A stretch of 36,468 bases of DNA, taken from the IMG/VR virus record IMGVR_UViG_3300046813_000065, positions 1 through 36,468 of that record; one strand, written 5' to 3'. The stretch comes from a virus (Duplodnaviria; Caudoviricetes). Below the pieces are notes generated by a model. The model saw nothing but the letters and a program-made list of their open reading frames with translations, had not been told where the DNA came from and searched no databases. The position numbers were made by a program, and so were the translations under genes. This document shows, piece after piece, positions 1-8,299 of the stretch; positions within the stretch are counted from its first letter, which is position 1; each line of letters begins with the position of its first letter.

Positions 1-37
1 CGGCGAGGTCCGCGCCAGGCCCTGAGCCGCCGGAATC
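1..37. repeat. Terminal overlap with 36432-36468 (circular contig)
   Basis: cggcgaggtccgcgccaggccctgagccgccggaatc vs cggcgtggtccgcgccaggcccggagccgcccgactc, 33/37 identical. Confidence 0.85.
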
Positions 38-718
38 CCCCTCCCCCTCCTCCGTGGTTTCCGGCCCGGGGGCGGCGTGCCTTCCGCGTGATGCGGCGGT
101 ACGGGGGGAGGGGGTTCCGGAGTAAGGGGAATCCACTACGTACCTATCGTTACCTTCCCCTTTCTCCTGCGAAGGGTTACGGGAAGGGTTGCCGTAAGGG
201 TTAGGCGAAGGGTTAGGCGAAGGGTTAGGCGAAGGGTTAGGCGAAGGGTTAGGCGAACCCTCCAGATCCAGCACAAACGCGGCGTAGATTGCCCGCACCA
301 GCTTCGACGAGGAGTCGCGGGCGGGGATGCGCCGCAGCTCGGCCAGGAGTTCCAGGCGGATCCGCGGCGACTCAACGAGGGCGGCGGCGGCGCGGGCGGC
401 CTTGAAGATGTTCGGGACCTTCCACACCTCGTCGTGGCGCATGAATGACCGGACGAGCAACTCGCCCGTCAGGCTGTCTGTGATCACGAACGGCCGGGGG
501 CCTGCCGTGAGCGCCACCAGGTCGCCCTCAACGTCTTTGGCGGTCAGGCCGGCCGCCTTCGGCACCCAGCGCTGTACCCGCAGCGCCATGACGCCGCAGT
601 AGCTGAGGTCATCCTGTGACAGCAGGAACAGGTACAGGCGCTGGCCGGCCGGTGACAGCGCCAGGAAGTCCTGGTCCTTCCAGATTGAGGCAAAAACCCT
701 TGCCTCCCTGCGGGGCAT
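1..718 (-). CDS. Phage replication initiator (RepA/O-like), N-terminal part; continues across the contig junction
   Basis: Not in the ORF track because it runs off the edge. Manual translation from ATG 718 gives MPRREARVFASIWKDQDFLALSPAGQRLYLFLLSQDDLSYCGV...ELLVRSFMRHDEVWKVPN, the N-terminal pattern of actinophage replication initiators. It contains an (SPNP)n linker and stays open to base 1. Confidence 0.8.
   Translation of the reverse strand, partial: MPRREARVFASIWKDQDFLALSPAGQRLYLFLLSQDDLSYCGVMALRVQRWVPKAAGLTAKDVEGDLVALTAGPRPFVITDSLTGELLVRSFMRHDEVWKVPNIFKAARAAAALVESPRIRLELLAELRRIPARDSSSKLVRAIYAAFVLDLEGSPNPSPNPSPNPSPNPSPNPYGNPSRNPSQEKGEGNDRYVVDSPYSGTPSPRTAASRGRHAAPGPETTEEGEGDSGGSGPGADLA
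172..261. repeat. Iteron-like 12-bp tandem repeats inside rep (putative origin)
   Basis: AAGGGTT occurs at 172, 184, 196, 208, 220, 232 and 244 (12-bp period). There are five perfect AAGGGTTAGGCG units (196-255) and an inverted AACCCT at 256-261. Confidence 0.8.
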
Positions 719-897
719 CAGGCCCGTGCCTCCTTTCCTGCCAGAGGCTGCTGCGCGTTGCCGCGGGGCTCCCGCGGGCTTCCAGGGCGGCGGTCACGGC
801 GCGGCCGGGAACGGGCCCACGCCAGGAGCACGAACGCGGCTATCAGGACGTCACACGCCACGTGGACCGCGCCGATGACGGCCAGGGCGGTGATCAC
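718..897 (-). CDS. Small membrane protein (59 aa)
   Basis: GTGA overlap with the MTase stop and TGATG overlap with the rep start. Hydrophobic N-terminus ITALAVIGAVHVACDVLIAAFVLLAW. Confidence 0.65.
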   Translation of the reverse strand: MITALAVIGAVHVACDVLIAAFVLLAWARSRPRRDRRPGSPREPRGNAQQPLAGKEARA

Positions 898-2435
898 TGA
901 AGCACCTCCGCCACGGCGGCGCCGAGCCAGTGCGCGACATTGACGCTTACAGCATTGCCCGCTTGGCACGTCTGCTCGCCCTGGTTCCCGGTGACGATGT
1001 AGCGATCGCCGAACCGCTGGGCGCGCAGGTGCTCGCGGGGCTTGAGCATCCGGAACCGGCAATCCGCGATGTCCGGCTCGGGCTGGACCAGCGCCGCCGA
1101 ATCCTGGGTGGCCACGGTGTGCAGCGGCTCGGCGGTCGTGCGCGCCTGCGACCGCTTCCCGCGATAGGGCACGACCAGGGCGTGATGGCCGGTGGTGCTG
1201 ATCGTCCCGAACGGCTGCGTGATGGGTGACACGGCGTGCGGCGGCTGGCACCTGCCGCCATAGTTGCGGACCACGAACGCGGGCGTCACGAGCGCGTCAG
1301 TGTCGCGGGTCACGCGGGTGCGCATCGGCTCTGCCGTGGTGGCCGCTGGCGCGTCGTGGTTGTTCCCGCCGACCGGCAGCACCAGGCCGTGATTCGAGCC
1401 GTTCGCCACGATGGTGCCGGACCGGAGCAGGGTGAGGAATGGCGGCGTGGCCAGGCCCTCGTCCCGCGTGGTTGTCACAGTGCCGAACGGCGAGAGGAAG
1501 GCGGGCCAGGCGCGCAGGCAGGCCGAGCCGTCCGGGTCGTGGGCGTTCGCGCGGACGAGGGCCGGCTGGGCGAACAGCGCCAGCCCTGCGCGGATGCGAT
1601 GCACGGTGCTGGGCGCAAGGGGGCGCGGGCGGTCGCCGATCCGCCTGCCCAGATCGGTCCAGTCGATCGCGGCAGCCGACGGCAGCACGTACGGCTCCAC
1701 GATGGCGTGGCGGCACTCCGTCCGGGGGCAGCGGTACACGTACTGTCGGCCGTACTTGCCCACCGCGAGCCGGCCCGGCCGCTTCCACGACTGGATCGCC
1801 TGTACCTGCGCGCCGCACGCCGCACACCAGGCCAGCGGACGGGGTGCCACGTCGGGAAGCCGAATCCCCGTGCGGGTCAGCACGATGTACAGCCGGTCCC
1901 TCCACTGCGGCGCGTACGGGTTACCCGCTCCCCCGACGTGGGCTGACGACACGCTGACGAGCTGGTAGTTGTAGCCGAGGGTGGCCATGCCCGACAGCCA
2001 CCAGCCGAACAGCTCCCAGCTCGCGGCCTCGGTGACGTTCTCCACGATGACCGCCGCGTACCGGTGCACCTCGGCGGCGCGGATCACGTCGTGGAAGGTG
2101 GCACGGGTGCGCACGAGTGCCTCGCGGCCGACGTGCCCGGCCTCTTCGAGCAGGTCGAGCTGGCCCGGCGGACGCCGCCGCCGGGCCTGCCCGCCAGCGG
2201 GTGTCAGCTCGGTGCAGATGGGCGACGCCCAGAGCACCTCCGTGCGGGGCAGCCGCCGCATGTCGTAGTTCGAGACGTCGGCCAGCAGGTGCTCGGCCCG
2301 GGCGAAATTCGCCGCATGAGTCTCCAGCGCACGCGCCCAGTGATTCGCGGCCAGCTTCAGCTCCATGCCCGCCTCGGTGAGCCCGATCGAAGACCCGCCG
2401 GCCCCGCAGAAGATGTCCGTGAAGGTGAGACTCAT
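894..2435 (-). CDS. C5 cytosine DNA methyltransferase
   Basis: Motif I DIFCGAGG, motif IV variant WASPIC, motif VI VENV, motif VIII QWRDRLY, and C-terminal RAQRF and QAGNAVS. Confidence 0.92.
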   Translation of the reverse strand: MSLTFTDIFCGAGGSSIGLTEAGMELKLAANHWARALETHAANFARAEHLLADVSNYDMRRLPRTEVLWASPICTELTPAGGQARRRRPPGQLDLLEEAGHVGREALVRTRATFHDVIRAAEVHRYAAVIVENVTEAASWELFGWWLSGMATLGYNYQLVSVSSAHVGGAGNPYAPQWRDRLYIVLTRTGIRLPDVAPRPLAWCAACGAQVQAIQSWKRPGRLAVGKYGRQYVYRCPRTECRHAIVEPYVLPSAAAIDWTDLGRRIGDRPRPLAPSTVHRIRAGLALFAQPALVRANAHDPDGSACLRAWPAFLSPFGTVTTTRDEGLATPPFLTLLRSGTIVANGSNHGLVLPVGGNNHDAPAATTAEPMRTRVTRDTDALVTPAFVVRNYGGRCQPPHAVSPITQPFGTISTTGHHALVVPYRGKRSQARTTAEPLHTVATQDSAALVQPEPDIADCRFRMLKPREHLRAQRFGDRYIVTGNQGEQTCQAGNAVSVNVAHWLGAAVAEVLQ

Positions 2436-2794
2436 GTGCCGTCACCGCCTCCAGGGGTGTACACCCGGCACGGGCAGCACTTCCCGCCCGGCCCGGTGAA
2501 GCCGCACGCTGTCCGCCGCCCCGTCCTGGCGCTGATGTCGTGGAGCGGCTCGGAGTGGCCGCAGGCACCGCTGGGCACTGGCGTGGCGCACGCCGGGGCG
2601 GGGGCGCCCGCGAGGTGGCTGATCACGTCGCGGAGCACGGCGACCTGGGTCTCCATGTCGGCGGCGTTGGACAGGACGGCGAGCTTGCCGCCGATGTCCG
2701 CGACGATCACGTACCCGGTGACGTCCTCCGGGCGGGCGCGCAACAGGGGGGCGATGATCGCCGCTATCTCCCTGGTGGTGTGCCTGGCGGTCAC
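2432..2794 (-). CDS. Hypothetical protein with C-terminal Cys/His cluster
   Basis: GTG start at 2794 and ATGA coupling to the MTase. CGH...C...CCPC motif. The start could instead be ATG 2950. Confidence 0.55.
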   Translation of the reverse strand: MTARHTTREIAAIIAPLLRARPEDVTGYVIVADIGGKLAVLSNAADMETQVAVLRDVISHLAGAPAPACATPVPSGACGHSEPLHDISARTGRRTACGFTGPGGKCCPCRVYTPGGGDGT

Positions 2795-2946
2795 GACGGG
2801 CTCCCGGTGGTGACCCGGCGCCGCCTGGCGCCACAGCCGGTGACGACCGACCGCGCACGAGGCAGCAGGCCGAGCGCGCCGAGCAGCGCAGCCTCGTCGC
2901 GCCGATCGGGTCAAGGTACGGGCCGGGCTGGACGTCGCTGCCGCGC

Positions 2947-4119
2947 TCATCCACCGGAGGTCACCGCCCCAGCGGGGAACTCGTCCCACGTCCGCCCGTC
3001 GAGCACCCGCCCGGCGGCTTTCTTGCCGGCACGCCGGATGGTCACCTCGGCGCCGTCCGCCGCCCCGTGCGGCTGCGCCAGCGGCCAGTGACGGCCATCA
3101 AGACGGATGAGCGAGTCGGTTTCCCGGCGGTTCCGCCAGTCGTCAGGCTCAACGGGGGCCCACTCGCCCCACTGCTTGAAGAAGAACGGGACGCCCGCGG
3201 CCTGGCACTGATCGCGGAGTGACCGCGCCCACCCGGTCTCCATCGGCCGCGCGCCGGGACCGGACTCCCCGCCCGCCACGACCCAGTCCAGCAGCGGATG
3301 CGGCGCGCCGGTTCCCCCGGCCTCACTTCCGGCCCAGTCGCGCTCCAGGGCGTCGATCCCGCCACACCAGTGCAGGTCAACCGGGCCGAGCAGTGGTTCA
3401 GCCGAGATCCAGCGGATTGCCGCCGGAGTGTACAGCAAGGCGGGGATGCGGATGTCCGCCCAGTGCTGGTCCTCACATGACACGCCGAGCCACACGTTGG
3501 GCAGCTCGCCGGGCCAGAACCGCCAGCCCTCCATCCAGTCGTATAGCGGGTAGGCGCAGCCCTCGGGAGGGGCGCCCATGCTGTCGAGCATGTCCGCGAA
3601 CAGCCGCGCCCGGCCGCTCGTGTACGCGGATGCGCGCATGGCCTGCGGGCCTCGCGGCATCGGCGGCAGCCCACTCCGGGCGCCCACGCTGCCGTCGCCG
3701 GCCCGGTCAGCCCACCGCCGCGCCCATGACCGCATCCGCGCGTGCCGCTTGGTCAAAATCATGAACGTGTGCTGCGGGCACCGGCCCATCACGTCCCAGA
3801 TCCGGGCGATGAACCCGTCGGGCACCGCTTCGTGGAACAGGTCCGAGAGGCTGTTCACGAACACCCGGCGCGGGCTGCGCCACGAGAACGGCTGGGCGAG
3901 CCGTTCGGGCAGCAGGTTGACGCGGCCGGTCCAGTCCAGCCGCGCTGCGGTGCGCTCGGTCAGCCCGGCGAACGCCTCCGCAACTTTCGGGTGCGGGTTC
4001 GCGGCCCGCATCCGGGCCTGCGTGATCGCGTAACACCGATCGCAGCCGGGGGAAACACGCGCGCAACCCAAGATCGGGTTCCACGAGGTGTCCGCCCACT
4101 CGATCGCGGTCTTTGCCAT
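2947..4119 (-). CDS. DUF5131 (phage Gp37/Gp68) family protein
   Basis: MAKTAIEWADTSWNPILGCARVSPGCDRCYA, VFVNSLSDLFHE, ILTKRH, WLGVSCEDQ, SAEPLLGP, WVVAGGESGPGARP, PFFFKQWGEW. Start placed at ATG 4119 (TGATG coupling). Confidence 0.92.
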   Translation of the reverse strand: MAKTAIEWADTSWNPILGCARVSPGCDRCYAITQARMRAANPHPKVAEAFAGLTERTAARLDWTGRVNLLPERLAQPFSWRSPRRVFVNSLSDLFHEAVPDGFIARIWDVMGRCPQHTFMILTKRHARMRSWARRWADRAGDGSVGARSGLPPMPRGPQAMRASAYTSGRARLFADMLDSMGAPPEGCAYPLYDWMEGWRFWPGELPNVWLGVSCEDQHWADIRIPALLYTPAAIRWISAEPLLGPVDLHWCGGIDALERDWAGSEAGGTGAPHPLLDWVVAGGESGPGARPMETGWARSLRDQCQAAGVPFFFKQWGEWAPVEPDDWRNRRETDSLIRLDGRHWPLAQPHGAADGAEVTIRRAGKKAAGRVLDGRTWDEFPAGAVTSGG

Positions 4120-4283
4120 CAGGTGCCTCTCGCTGGCTCGTCGCCGCCGACGACAGCGCCCCAGTCGCGGGCGAGCTGGACGATCCGATCCCTCTCGGCG
4201 GCCACGCGGCTGACGGCGGCCTTGCGGGCGCGCAGCCGCAGCCGCCAGGACGGCGGCCGTATGCAGTTCATGGGCAGCGTCAC
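4119..4283 (-). CDS. Small hypothetical protein (54 aa)
   Basis: MTLPMNCIRPPSWRLRLRARKAAVSRVAAERDRIVQLARDWG...; coupled on both sides (GTGA and TGATG). Confidence 0.55.
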   Translation of the reverse strand: MTLPMNCIRPPSWRLRLRARKAAVSRVAAERDRIVQLARDWGAVVGGDEPARGT

Positions 4284-5020
4284 GGCGCCGGGACCATCTC
4301 GTCAAGAGCCGCCTGGACGGCTGGCGCGGGCAGCTCGTCACGCCACGGGCTGCCGTCCAGGGCGCGGGCGGCGTCGCCGTCGAGGTGCCCGGCCGGCTGC
4401 CACATCCCCGCGAAATGGTCCTCGCAGACGATCAGCACCGGGTCGTCTGGCTTGGCGCCGATCAGGACGGTCAGCCGCTCGCCGCGGTGGCCTGCCTTGG
4501 ACCAGCGGGCCAGGAACGCTGGCGACAGCAGCAGCGCGGGCGCGGCCGGCCGCGTGGCGCGGTGGATGACCTTCCCAAGCCACTTGCGCCAGCTATCGAG
4601 GTCGTGGACCTCCAGCGGGTTGCGCCGGTCGTGGAGCACAAGCCTCGTCCCGTCCTCGCCGTCCACCCGGAACCCGAGCGACATGACGCCGTGCAGCCCG
4701 GCGGGGTGGACCGCCACCGTCACCTGGTCGATGGTGACGGTGAGCCGCGGGTCCTCGTCCTTGACGGGCTTGAACAGTCGCAGCATGTTCGCCGCGTCGT
4801 CCCTGCCGAGGTGGATGGTCACGTCGTCGGCGTGGCCGTCTGGCTTGTGCCGGGTGGCCGCGAGGGTGACCCGGTCGGTGGCCACGGCGTACACGACGCC
4901 GTCCAGCACCTCGACCCGGATGTCGCCGAGCCGGGGGAAGTCCGGGTCCGCGAGGGTGTGCGGCAGGACTGGGGCGATCAGGGCGTGCAGGTCGCGGGTG
5001 GTGAGGTCGATCCTGGTCAT
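4280..5020 (-). CDS. DNA polymerase III beta-clamp-like protein
   Basis: FPRLGDIRVEVLDGVVYAVATDRVTLA resembles the clamp 'LNGV...VATDGHRLA' motif. 246 aa, with GAGGGAG RBS before ATG 5020. Confidence 0.6.
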   Translation of the reverse strand: MTRIDLTTRDLHALIAPVLPHTLADPDFPRLGDIRVEVLDGVVYAVATDRVTLAATRHKPDGHADDVTIHLGRDDAANMLRLFKPVKDEDPRLTVTIDQVTVAVHPAGLHGVMSLGFRVDGEDGTRLVLHDRRNPLEVHDLDSWRKWLGKVIHRATRPAAPALLLSPAFLARWSKAGHRGERLTVLIGAKPDDPVLIVCEDHFAGMWQPAGHLDGDAARALDGSPWRDELPAPAVQAALDEMVPAP

Positions 5021-5034
5021 GCGGCTCCCTCGGG

Positions 5035-5223
5035 TTAGCTTGCGATCCGGTCCGCGACGTCCGCGGTGGTCAGGGCACCGTCGGCGATGAACCACACCAC
5101 CCCCGCCAGCACCGCGAGGAGGCCGAGGTCGGTGGCGGCGGCGAACCCTGGCACGGTGACCGCGCCGACATGGATGACGGCGGCCGTGCAGTGCGCCAGC
5201 CCGGCCGTCTGGGGTACTGTCAT
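5035..5223 (-). CDS. Small hydrophobic protein (62 aa), probably leaderless
   Basis: ATG lies 7 nt after the -10 TAACTT. Hydrophobic segment LGLLAVLAGVVWFIA. Confidence 0.55.
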   Translation of the reverse strand: MTVPQTAGLAHCTAAVIHVGAVTVPGFAAATDLGLLAVLAGVVWFIADGALTTADVADRIAS

Positions 5224-5304
5224 GCCCCACAAGTTATCTGCTAAGCGCATCAGATCGCAACCGTTACTTGCAATCTGAACCGGTATGCGGGTAACTTGCC
5301 GCGT
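5224..5304. promoter_or_regulatory. Symmetric divergent leaderless promoters with operator-like dyad
   Basis: Plus strand: TTGCAA(5268)-N18-TAACTT(5292)-N7-ATG5305. Minus strand: TTGCGA(5260-5255)-N18-TAACTT(5236-5231)-N7-ATG5223. Dyad CAGATcGCAA-N7-TTGCaATCTG at 5251-5277. Confidence 0.8.
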
Positions 5305-5547
5305 ATGCCGGTTACCTACAACGCAAGCGTGTCAGCTGAGATCCGGGCGGAGATGGCCCGGCAAGACCTCAGCCAAACCGAGTTGGCCGCGCTCCTAGGC
5401 CAATCGCAGTCCTGGGTGTCGCGGCGGATCTCCGGCGCGGTGGCGCTGTCCACGACGGAGATCGAGCAGATCGCCCGGGCGCTGCGCGTGCCGATCAGCC
5501 AGTTCACCTCGGCCCGCCAGGCGCGGCCCGGCGCGCTGGCCGGCTGA
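5305..5547 (+). CDS. Cro/Xre-family HTH regulator
   Basis: IRAEMARQDLSQTELAALLGQSQSWVSRRISG is a classic Xre HTH. Confidence 0.9.
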   Translation: MPVTYNASVSAEIRAEMARQDLSQTELAALLGQSQSWVSRRISGAVALSTTEIEQIARALRVPISQFTSARQARPGALAG

Positions 5548-5812
5548 CCGTGACCGCGATCAAGCCGTTCGACCGGACGCAGATAGCCGGCGCGGCGGGG
5601 CATCCGGAGGTGCAGCGGATCGAGCAGCTGCTCGCGGACCGGGCGGACCCGCCGGCGGCGCGGTCGGCCGGGACGGGCCGCACGGGCCTGCCTGAGCGGC
5701 GGCCGTACCGGTGGCGGGACCCTGCCCGCGCCGCGATGGTGGCGCGGCTTCTCGCCGCGATGAGATCTCCCGCGGCGAAGTCCTCGACGTCGCGCGAGTC
5801 GGGAGCTGTCAT
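5504..5812 (-). CDS. Hypothetical protein; 3' end uncertain
   Basis: GGAGGGG RBS and ATGA coupling at 5812. It looks coding only to about 5690, then runs antisense into a plus-strand ORF. Confidence 0.35.
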   Translation of the reverse strand: MTAPDSRDVEDFAAGDLIAARSRATIAARAGSRHRYGRRSGRPVRPVPADRAAGGSARSASSCSIRCTSGCPAAPAICVRSNGLIAVTVSRPARRAAPGGPR

Positions 5813-5984
5813 GCCCCTCCCCTTCCTCGGTGATGTTCTTTCGCCCGCAGCTCCCCCGGCGCGGGATGTCCTGGCGTTCGGCCCACCCGGTGTCGGCGAA
5901 GATCGCGGCGTCCAGCGGGGGGCAGGATGCCCTCTAACGCCATCAGCAGCAGCGTCGTCGACTGGACGCCGGCGCCTAGGCTGA
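5550..5984 (+). CDS. Hypothetical protein following the HTH gene; 3' end uncertain
   Basis: GTG 2 nt after the HTH stop. MTAIKPFDRTQIAGAAGHPEVQRIEQLLADR has GC3-rich codons for about 45 codons. Confidence 0.35.
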   Translation: MTAIKPFDRTQIAGAAGHPEVQRIEQLLADRADPPAARSAGTGRTGLPERRPYRWRDPARAAMVARLLAAMRSPAAKSSTSRESGAVMPLPFLGDVLSPAAPPARDVLAFGPPGVGEDRGVQRGAGCPLTPSAAASSTGRRRLG

Positions 5985-6003
5985 GGATGCGCAAGTCACC
6001 CAC
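5809..6003 (-). pseudogene. Truncated, frameshifted PAPS-reductase-like (PP-loop) gene remnant
   Basis: LRILSLGAGVQSTTLLLMALEGILP, then after a shift in a C6 run (5917-5922) LDAAIFADTGW. The homology ends there. Confidence 0.75.
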
Positions 6004-6535
6004 CAGCCGCCGCCCGCCGGGTCTCACCGCGCACGGCATCGCTGATGCTTTCCCATGTCATCGCCCCGATCTCGATCCGCGCGCCCGGGACTCTCAACGC
6101 GCCCGTATCCGGGTAGTACTTCGTGGCAGCCAGGCTGACCACCAGCGCGTCGTCGGCCCAGACCCCGGCGTCGGTCAGCGCGTCCTCGGTGGCCCTCGCC
6201 AGCTTGGACAGGTCGGGTGCCCGGTGCGGGTACAGCGGCGCGGACGGGCGCAGCAATCCCGCGTGCTTGCCAGTCCGGTAGTGCGACCGCGGCCGGGCGA
6301 GGGTGAAGTCCATGCGCACCGACACGGGGCCGGTGAACTGCCATCCGCCGGCGTGCCATGCGCCTTCGAGCGCGGCGTCGACGACGGCCTGCCGCCATGA
6401 TCTCACCCGGTCGTGCGAGGATTCGATGACCGCGACCCGGCCGGTCGGGATCCCCCCGCGGCCGCGGACGGCGAACGCCCGTTTGCTGCCTTGCGGCGCG
6501 GGCGTGCCATGCACCGTGATCACGACGACGCTCAC
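5996..6535 (-). CDS. rusA: RusA-family Holliday junction resolvase
   Basis: GTPAPQGSKR, RPRSHY and PDLSKLARATEDALTDAGVWADDALVV motifs. Confidence 0.92.
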   Translation of the reverse strand: MSVVVITVHGTPAPQGSKRAFAVRGRGGIPTGRVAVIESSHDRVRSWRQAVVDAALEGAWHAGGWQFTGPVSVRMDFTLARPRSHYRTGKHAGLLRPSAPLYPHRAPDLSKLARATEDALTDAGVWADDALVVSLAATKYYPDTGALRVPGARIEIGAMTWESISDAVRGETRRAAAGG

Positions 6536-6870
6536 AGCGGAGCCTCGTCGCAGTCCTCGTCGTAGATGGTCCTCGGCGCGGGCGGACCAGGCGGTTCCAG
6601 CTCGAACCGGGCCACGGGCACCGGAACCGACCGCTCACCCAGGGCGCGGCAGATCGCCTCTGTCGCAGGCGTGATCCGGTACACCGAGCCGCCAGGTGCC
6701 GGCGGCGGGATGAACTGGGTCAGCGCGGCTGGGCCTTCAGCGCGATAGATGTCCAGGCGCATCACCTGCGCTCCGGCGATCTTCGCCTCGGATAGGTGCC
6801 CGGCGATACGGACATGGCCCATCAGCTCGATGATCGCCCAGCCGCCTTCACCTTCGAACGGCTCGCTCAC
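6532..6870 (-). CDS. Conserved phage hypothetical protein
   Basis: WAIIELMGHVRIAG...RLDI...SVYRITP motif; coupled on both sides. Confidence 0.75.
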   Translation of the reverse strand: MSEPFEGEGGWAIIELMGHVRIAGHLSEAKIAGAQVMRLDIYRAEGPAALTQFIPPPAPGGSVYRITPATEAICRALGERSVPVPVARFELEPPGPPAPRTIYDEDCDEAPL

Positions 6871-8129
6871 GACGGCTCACCGGCCGCGTAAGCCTTCGCC
6901 GCGATCCCCGCCAGCGCCGCCGGGAACTCCCCGGGCGCCGCCGCGAGCTGCCGCAGCCGCCGCGTGGCCCGCTGCGCCTGGGCGCTGGTGAGCTGCGCTG
7001 ACGAGCCGAGCTTCAGCGGCGCCTGCCCGCCAGGTGCGGCGAGGATCCCGGTGACGGTGAGCCGGTCCGCGCGGTGGTCATCGCCTTCCCACCCAGCGTC
7101 GGCGAACAGGGCAGACAGCGCGGCGAGGTCCCCGTTGGTGGCGATGTCGCCGGTTTCGCCTGGCAGGGGGAGATCATTTACCGCTTGCGAGTCTGCCTCG
7201 TACTGCCGTGAGGGCGCAACTGGTGCCCGCGCGGCATTCGCGGATGTCTCCGCGGGGTCCCGGGGCCCGGCCGCGGGCCTACCTCCCGCGGCCGGGCCGG
7301 TGCCGCCGTGAGCGCTTCCCGCGACGGGGGACGCGGGTGGCTCTGCGGCGGTGTCCTCCCCGCCCGGCCGGGCGGGGAGGACAGGCACGGCGTGGCCGGT
7401 GGCGGCGCGCCGTGAGCCCAGGCCGGACACTGGTGCCGGGGCAGGCGCCGTGGTGCGCCACTCCGACGAGGTCGGCACATACGCCTCCAGGTCCCGCAGC
7501 GGGCATTTCTTCCACATCGGCTCCGGCCACAGCTTCCACGGGCTGTCGGCCCGTTTCCAGCCATGGCCGGCCTTCATGCGCCGCTCGATCTCCGCCTTCC
7601 CGATCCTGCGGACCATTGAGCAGCGGCCGTCGGCCATCACGGCGTACGCGTATACGCCGCGCAGCTCACCGCGGGCGCCGGGGTCGGCGAATTCGTCGTA
7701 CTCGTGCTCGGGCGGCATGGTGGGCCCGCGTGAGCGGTAGTGGTCGCTGCCCCGGACGACCTCGGCGACGACGGCGGAAACCTGCCCGGCGCGGAACATG
7801 CGGTCGATGATGCCCTTGTAGCCTTCGACGCCGGTGACCTCGTCGCCGAAGGGGATGAGCCAGTACTGGCCGGTGTCGGGCTCGTGGCCGAGCCGCGCGC
7901 ATTCGAGGAGGGCGTACAGCAGGCTCGGGGGGTTGGCGATGGCGGCGGCGAGGAGTTTCTCGTTGCGGCGTAGCGCGCCCTGGGTGAGGCGGATCATGGT
8001 GGCGGGTTTGATGTGGGTGGCGGCGACGGCGGCGAAGTCGTCGTGCTGGGCGCGGACCCAGGTGATGAGCTTGTCCTGCTTCTGCCGGATGGCTATGGCG
8101 GTGGTGACGGTCTCACCTTGCGCGGTCAT
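6867..8129 (-). CDS. recT: RecT single-strand annealing recombinase with long C-terminal extension
   Basis: SLLYALLECARLGHEP, YWLIPF, GYKGIIDRMFRAG, SPWKLWPEPMWKK. Start at ATG 8129 after a GGGAG RBS. Confidence 0.9.
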   Translation of the reverse strand: MTAQGETVTTAIAIRQKQDKLITWVRAQHDDFAAVAATHIKPATMIRLTQGALRRNEKLLAAAIANPPSLLYALLECARLGHEPDTGQYWLIPFGDEVTGVEGYKGIIDRMFRAGQVSAVVAEVVRGSDHYRSRGPTMPPEHEYDEFADPGARGELRGVYAYAVMADGRCSMVRRIGKAEIERRMKAGHGWKRADSPWKLWPEPMWKKCPLRDLEAYVPTSSEWRTTAPAPAPVSGLGSRRAATGHAVPVLPARPGGEDTAAEPPASPVAGSAHGGTGPAAGGRPAAGPRDPAETSANAARAPVAPSRQYEADSQAVNDLPLPGETGDIATNGDLAALSALFADAGWEGDDHRADRLTVTGILAAPGGQAPLKLGSSAQLTSAQAQRATRRLRQLAAAPGEFPAALAGIAAKAYAAGEPS

Positions 8130-8299
8130 GACGTCTCCCTGTAGTGCGCGTCGCGGATGTGCCGGGCGAGCCGGGCGCGGCCCTTGCCCCGGAACGAGAG
8201 GACCGTTCTCGCCGTGGACCCGGGCTTGCCCTTGACCCGGCGCTGGCACTCGTGGCATGTGAGCGCCTTGGTGCCCGCGCGGCGGCTGACCCTGCTCAT
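8126..8299 (-). CDS. Small C2H2-like zinc-finger protein (57 aa)
   Basis: CHEC...HIRDAH; ATGA coupling on both sides and a GGGAGG RBS. Confidence 0.65.
   Translation of the reverse strand: MSRVSRRAGTKALTCHECQRRVKGKPGSTARTVLSFRGKGRARLARHIRDAHYRETS

Noticed and set aside
172-255. GGGTTA/TTAGG resemblance to eukaryotic telomere repeats
   Set aside because: The period is 12 bp, in frame inside rep, and the array is internal once the contig is circularised; iterons explain it better.
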